Source: Chrysomallon squamiferum
Taxonomy: Eukaryota > Animalia > Mollusca
Direction of reading: 5' to 3'
Assembly: GCA_012295275.1 (NCBI GenBank)
Contig: CM022666.1
Location: 12,896,001 to 12,960,000 of the forward strand
Length of the DNA stretch: 64,000 nucleotides
Both the position numbers and the translations under genes were made by a program. This document shows positions 55,101 to 64,000 of this stretch, piece after piece (position 1 is the stretch's first letter; every line of letters begins with the position of its first letter). The notes beneath the pieces were generated by a model. The model worked only from the letters and a program-made list of their open reading frames with translations. It was not told where the DNA came from and searched no databases.

Positions 55101-57825
55101 TGCAGCCTTTTCACATACGATTTATGAACTCATGAGAAAGATATTTTAAAATTATGAATCTGCTAACTGATATTTAAATTGTTATTATTTCTTTTTTTTA
55201 ATTACTTTTGAAGTGTTGAATGTTTAATATGGTTAAGGCACAATTTTCAGTGGTACATTTTTAGTGTGTATATATACACACACATAAACAACATTATTGA
55301 ACTAAGTTTTTTTCATAAATTGGCTATTTGAAAAAGAAAAAAACAAATATTTTAAACTTATGGGAATGTAGAATATGACAGATGTATTTAAATTCTGACT
55401 ATTCTAACTACTATCCTGTCTTGTTCGTTATTAACACAGTTTAGCTGTGGGGTTTTATGAAGTGGTAACATATCCTTTAATTCATAATCACTGTCCTTTT
55501 CTTTTCACACAAACATAGCTCATTTAAACAGCAAGTGTTTTCTTTATTTGATATCATTATTACCTTGAAAGTTGAGAATGCATCAGATGCAATGTCGAAA
55601 GTGGAAACTTCAACATAAGAAAAGAAGTTGTAGAACTGGTCAGAATAAAGCATAATCTTAGCCAGGGCTTCGTACCGACAACACTCGCGCAACATCATTC
55701 CACAGTTCAGAGCTATTTCTTGAGTTTCATAACTGGAAAGCAAAATAAAACCCATACATCTTTTTAATTATACAGTCAATGCTTGTTTTCAACTTTTGTT
55801 TTCCAGCACACTATATAAAAATTTGCCATTAGGATTTACTTGAATTAAAGAGACCTAACATAAAAATGTTGTATTACACAAAATTAAGAGTTTGTTTGCA
55901 GTTGCAAATAAAATGACTATTATAAAAACCTTTATTACCAGGCTCAGCACTAATAAGATAATGTACCTATGGAAGAAAGAAGTTCAGCTGTGATGTCAAA
56001 CATGCAACGTGAGTGAAAACAAGTATCTAAGATTATCTTTCACAACAATGGGCTATTTCCCATTCCAAACTGAGCCTCATTACTGCTTTATCCAAGATTT
56101 TGAAATGTGTTTTCATGTATAAGGATGTGTGTATATGAAATATTCCACTGTTAGTAATAATAAATGTAGCTATGAAACTAATTGAGGGCATTTCTTTTCA
56201 GTGTCATAATTTATTCCAAAAATACCTCTGACAAGTAACAACCGTTTAACATAATTATCTGTTAGTGTTAAAAGTATGAACATTAATGTTACTGAAATCT
56301 GCGAACCTTTTCATGAGTACGAACAAAAGTTCTGGTTTCACACAGATGTACTCGACAGTGGGTGAACGGGTTCCAATCTGTCGACGCAGCAAGTTGTTGA
56401 AAATGGCGACCACATCTTTTCTTCCCTGAATTATAACACAATCAAGTAAGACTAAAATAAGAAATTAAAATCTAGTAAGCCATTTAACTGGCTCCCCTGG
56501 ATGATTAATTTATCAATATTGCAAATTTATATTTTAGTAAGGCATAAAAGAATATTTATAAATCCACAGAAAGACTGAATAATCTAAGTCTTATAACAAA
56601 GCAATGGATCTAATGCATACACTGTTATGTAAATAAAATCATATCTTAAGAACTTTTACTAAGATAGGATTGTCCAAAAAACAATTGACAGTGAAAAAGT
56701 CAAAACATTCAGATTGTAGTCTTCCACATCTTAAGGTAAACGAAGAACAATAAATAACTGTAAAATACATAGACTTTTATCCAACATCATCCTAAATGCA
56801 ATATAAAAATGTGGATGATACATGGTAATGTTTGGATGTAATTTCGTTAAATTCAATATATAACTGTACATTTAGAATCTTAGGTCACTTTAATTTCTTT
56901 TTTTTAAATAAATGGTATTAAAAATATGTTGATCTGGTTTTTATCATAAAACATTTGGTTCTCACCTCGAAATCGATCTTGTTGAGGTTGACGATGAACA
57001 ACATGAGAACGTTGCTCTGGTACATTTCCTGAGCTAGCTGAGCCACATGTTCTGTCTGTGGTTCCTGATCAGCTGTTCCATACAGCATGATCTTAATAGC
57101 CTGAAGTGTTTCACTAACCTGAAACACAGGATAAAAACCATTTTTATTTATTTAGTAATTCTCTTGTAATCTACCACTACATGGCATCAGACTAGTTGTG
57201 TAGTTAAGGTATGGCATGAGCATTGGCCACCACTGAGCACTTTCTGTTAAACTTGACTGGTATTTTTTAGCTGAATTTATGGTTAAAGTATCTGAAATAT
57301 GGTGTCAGATGTCTGGACAGGGGCAGAATTTCCATTTTCCATACACCATTTCCAGCATCAGACAAGTAACACCACCACTGATGTGAAATAATGTAATGTT
57401 TAGGTCTAAAACAAAGTAAAAAGTGGTTTATTTAATGATGTATTCAAAATATTTTTTCATCATTTCATGATTTTATACACATGATTAAACACCATACAGT
57501 TAATGACAGGCAACCTGCTGCCCCATAAAGGCCTGTTATGACAAAAGAAAGTATGTTACTTGTTTTTCCATATGGGTATAGCAAGACTCTCTGTATCTAT
57601 AATTTCTTTAATAGTAGGTACCTAAACGTGTGTTATTGCATAACACGAATTTTATTTTAACAATTTAGCCAGTCTTAAAAAGATGTCAGTAACAACACAA
57701 CCAATTCATACCTTTTTGACATCTTTGTCAGATTTGTCACCAGCTGATTTAAGCCTGTCAATAGCCTCCTTGCAGGCCCTGACAAGCTCCTGCGGACTCT
57801 TCTGGGACTTTCCAAACAATGGCAT
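52120..57825 (-). CDS. CAB39: Calcium-binding protein 39 / MO25, 7 coding exons
   Basis: Exons 57825-57712, 57118-56966, 56425-56307, 55732-55564, 54523-54398, 53514-53371, 52302-52120. [97 protein letters not shown]. Confidence 0.98.
52965..53330 (-). repeat. Two degenerate intronic copies of the 3' half of CAB39 exon 6 plus adjacent intron
   Basis: ~53042-53086 and ~53185-53232 align with 53371-53418. Confidence 0.85.
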
Positions 57826-58856
57826 TACCGCACAGGCAAATTACAGCCGGTGTGGATGGCCTTTCCAGAAATGGTTTAACCGTACAGTTAGTTGATCAAA
57901 ACCTGAAAAATAAATGTTTGGCTGAACTTCATTTCTTACTAAATCATGTGTAGCTCACTACCTATTTGTTTGAAACTAATAATAATAATAATCATAACCA
58001 TAATATAACCACAACTAATGAGAATAGTCTTTTCATTTGATATATGAAAATTATCAGTTCCAGAATTAAAATATATGAAAAACAATTTCTGTAATAATCC
58101 ATACAAGTACAACCTTTGATATATATTTTTTTATATACATTAACAGCTCTTATACATATGCACACATTACTGTCCCAGATCAATGAAACAGATGAATTTA
58201 TTACTGATAGTCAAGGCTCTAATTTTATTCCACCTTTCTCTGAATCACCTCAACACATGCCGTTCCATTATATAAGCATTTTATGCCTAATAAACAAATA
58301 ACTATTAAAATAATTTTATACCTAGCATTGACATGTCATTTATGTAAAATGGTCTGTCTACTTTCCATATTTAATTATGGTTCTTGTTAGGGCAAGAGAT
58401 AATTACAGGCGCGACAGTAAAAACTATATATTTAATCTGTTAAGGCATGGTAAAGTACAGTGTATTATAAACCCAAACGGAAGTAAGTTGGTTCAATACC
58501 GACGATTTCCGCTGATGTGTGAATCTTAATGAAATAAATATTAAAAATCAATAATGAATCAACAGGGATGCGAATCGCGGTAAGAATTAATAGAATCCAA
58601 AACGAAAATCTATCAAACTGCTATAAAAATCTGATATTATCCATCACATTGACGTCACCAGGAACATTCGGAAAATGGCCGTCTGGACATGAACTGACCT
58701 TCCGTGTTCGATGTTTCTTGTTTTTATGACCCGTATTTACTGAATTCGTGAATAAAGAACTGACGGAAAAACACAACTGAAGCTGTCATTTAGCATCATA
58801 ATGCCTGATTACAGAACAGCTTCAGGATATAATCCAATTTAATACCAATCTTACCA

Positions 58857-58945
58857 GTCAATATACACTTGTTCGTACCATTAAAAAAAAGTTTGGCCAA
58901 GTGACGTCACGAGACAAGAAGTGCGCAGAGGCGGAAGTAAGTTAA
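58857..58945 (-). promoter_or_regulatory. CAB39: Probable proximal promoter and first exon of CAB39
   Basis: CTG|GTAAGA donor at ~58856, TGACGTCA at 58902, GCGGAAGT at 58931, CpG enrichment; acceptor at 57903. Confidence 0.55.
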
Positions 58946-59615
58946 CACTCGTGTTCGGGTTGCTTACACCATCATACTTCCCAGTAATGATCAAGTTCGT
59001 GTGACAATTTTCTTTTCTTACTTTTGATTTTTGATTTTTGTTTTTCATGCTTGACAATTTGAACAACATTTCTAAAATCAGTTTATAGGGTACAACACTG
59101 ACTTTTTTAAATTTTAAATTTAATCCCATCTGAACTGATTTCAAAAATTACGTTTTTTAAGTTAGTATATGTAGATTCTGATAACAACAACAATACTAAT
59201 AAATAAATAAATAAATAAATAAGAGATCACTAAAATAAAATCATTTGTGGACGAAGGGTTGCGAAATAATGGTTTCGTTTATAACTAACTACAAATGAAA
59301 TTAGGAATAAATAGCTTGGCAACCTTAACAACCATCACTTGAATTCCAGACGGCGTTGTGTAACGTGCCTTTCGCCAACAATTATAGTTGAAATTATGAA
59401 TTATATTCCCATTACGTTCAAGATTAACAAATGGTTACTAAAGAGACAACACTGAGTATTCAAGAAATCAACATACTATTGATCCAAGAATGAAAGGTTT
59501 GGAAATTTGTATGATTTTAGTGACTTCGTAAAACGTTAAGAAAACTGAAACAAAAAATAGAAAGAATATTAACGCTCAGAAACACGAGAGCGGAGAAAGA
59601 AAAATGAGGACTCAC

Positions 59616-59725
59616 CTGCAAAAGTATTCGGTATGTGGAATCAAGGATTCCGGGAGAAAGCAAAACGGATAACTGACCTGCTTGCACATCCATTTTTTAG
59701 ACTTAGCCGCCATAGCAACGAGATC
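59616..59725 (-). other. Possible distal alternative first exon of CAB39 with an RFX X-box-like motif
   Basis: Perfect CAG|GTGAGT donor at 59615; GTTGCTATGGCGGC at 59719-59706. Confidence 0.45.
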
Positions 59726-59859
59726 AAGCGTGCTAACCAACACTCAGAACGTCTTGTCTTGAAACATACATAAGAACACAAACATGCTTACAAACAAACA
59801 CTCATACATTCATACATATACTCAAACACTCATTCCAACATTCATTCATTCATACACAC

Positions 59860-60292
59860 AAGCATACACAAATACACACAAATCCCTCGTACATAAATAC
59901 ACACAGAACACTCGTATATAAATACACACAGAACACATACATAAATACACACAGAACACTCGTACATAAATACACACAGAACACTTCTATATAAATACAC
60001 ACAGAACACTCGTACATAAATACACAGAACACTTCTACATAAATACACACAGAACACTCGTACATAAATACACAGAACACTTCTACATAAATACACAGAA
60101 CACTCGTACATAAATACACACAGAACACTCGTACATAAATACACAGAACACTTCTACATAAATACACACAGAACACTCGTACATAAATATACACAGAACA
60201 CTCGTACATAAATATACACAGAACACTCGTATATAAATACACACAGAACACTCGTATATAAAGACATACAGAACGTACGAACATAAATACAC
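59860..60292. repeat. Minisatellite, ~23-26-nt unit (ACACAGAACACTCGTACATAAATAC)
   Basis: Directly visible, with alternating CTCGTA and CTTCTA variants. Confidence 0.97.
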
Positions 60293-60582
60293 GGGAAAAC
60301 GCGCGCTATATGTATTTATTTATCTTTTTCTGTGTGTGTGTACGAAATCCTTCTTCTTTTTTTTTTCTTTTTTTGAGTGTATATTCCTTCAAAAGAAATT
60401 AGGATCATTCTCCATTTTGGTTTTTATTTGCAGTCTCTACCTACATTTTTTTGTTCAGTACCTCATTAATGTGATACATGTTAACTTCATCCTCCAAATC
60501 ACAATTTTCACGCAGTTTTGCGAAAAATGAGTGTGAACAAAAAAATTAAAAAATAATAATAGCAACTACAATAACAACAAAC

Positions 60583-60630
<48 letters not shown>

Positions 60631-61353
60631 GTAAATAAATTGAATAAAAAAAAAAATTAATTAATTAATTAATTACAAATAAAATAAAATAAAGAGAAAA
60701 CAAATAATTAAAGAAGGGGTAAAATGGAAATGAACACAAACGGGTTAATATTACGAGAATGAAGTTTTTTATACTCACGACTGGAGAGTATAAAACAAGC
60801 TATTACTCCCCTCAGTCACCTTGTCTTGTACACTCTGTATCATAATCAAACAAGAGTTGTAGAACCTGTGTGTTTATATCAGAACGTTTCATACGTGATA
60901 AGAATAGACATTATTATTATTATTATATTAATATAATTATTATTATTATTGTTGTTGTTGTTGTTGTTGTTGTTTTGTTGTTTTTTAGTTTTTTGTTGTT
61001 GTTGTTATTATTATTGCTATTGTTACTGTTGCTGCTGCTGTTGTTGTTGTTGTTGTTATTATTACTATTATTATTATTATTATTATTACAGCAGGAACAC
61101 ATTAAGATAGTTTATTTATTTATTTATTTATTATAATTGTTTATTATTATTATATATTTTTTATTTCCCTGGCCTATATTCTAACTAAGGACCAAAAGTC
61201 TGGTCACTTGACATGTCTGAAGGTCATTATTTACCTGTGTGACGTTCTGGTCACAGTTCTTACCTTGCCTGACAGGTGCTGTTATTAATGTCCAAAGATG
61301 AATCCTGTTACAGAGCGCTGTGTAGATTTTTCGTCGCTTTTCTAACAGAGGCA

Positions 61354-64000
<2,647 letters not shown>

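Noticed and set aside
57410-57600. Degenerate dispersed repeat resembling ~35270-35340 and ~61545-61860
   Set aside because: Similarity too decayed to delimit or classify by eye.
59842-60292. C/V/Y-rich ORFs
   Set aside because: Translations of the minisatellite.
60870-61136. Poly-Leu/Val ORF
   Set aside because: Trinucleotide microsatellite.

Overview
AT-rich, intron-rich, microsatellite-dense animal DNA; an invertebrate, probably a mollusc (inference from style, not proven). The right part (25.5-64 kb) holds five spliced protein-coding genes reconstructed exon by exon: NKAP (-), a flavin-containing monooxygenase (-, apparent 1-nt frameshift), a C5orf34 homolog (+, last intron looks U12-type), CAB39/MO25 (-) and the 5' part of an astacin metalloprotease (+). 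The left part (1-23 kb) has no recognisable host protein gene and is the most unusual region. (i) A diverged inverted duplication of at least 12.6 kb runs off the left edge and carries a TTAA-flanked DNA transposon in both arms, five copies of a YY1/ETS/CRE module, and a 124-nt fold-back element in the spacer. (ii) A ~1.3-kb-unit tandem array (13.1-22.4 kb) has diverged units that nonetheless keep a perfectly invariant 56-nt block. On the minus strand this block lies between a CCAAT/E-box-CRE/TCT-like promoter and a GTAAGA donor, and a conserved 17-nt micro-exon follows. (iii) A ~1-kb GC-rich, virus-like fragment replaces part of one array unit. My inference is a battery of promoters driving a spliced non-coding RNA through a captured foreign fragment into a giant palindrome, i.e. 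a candidate hairpin/small-RNA precursor locus. All alignments were done by eye.
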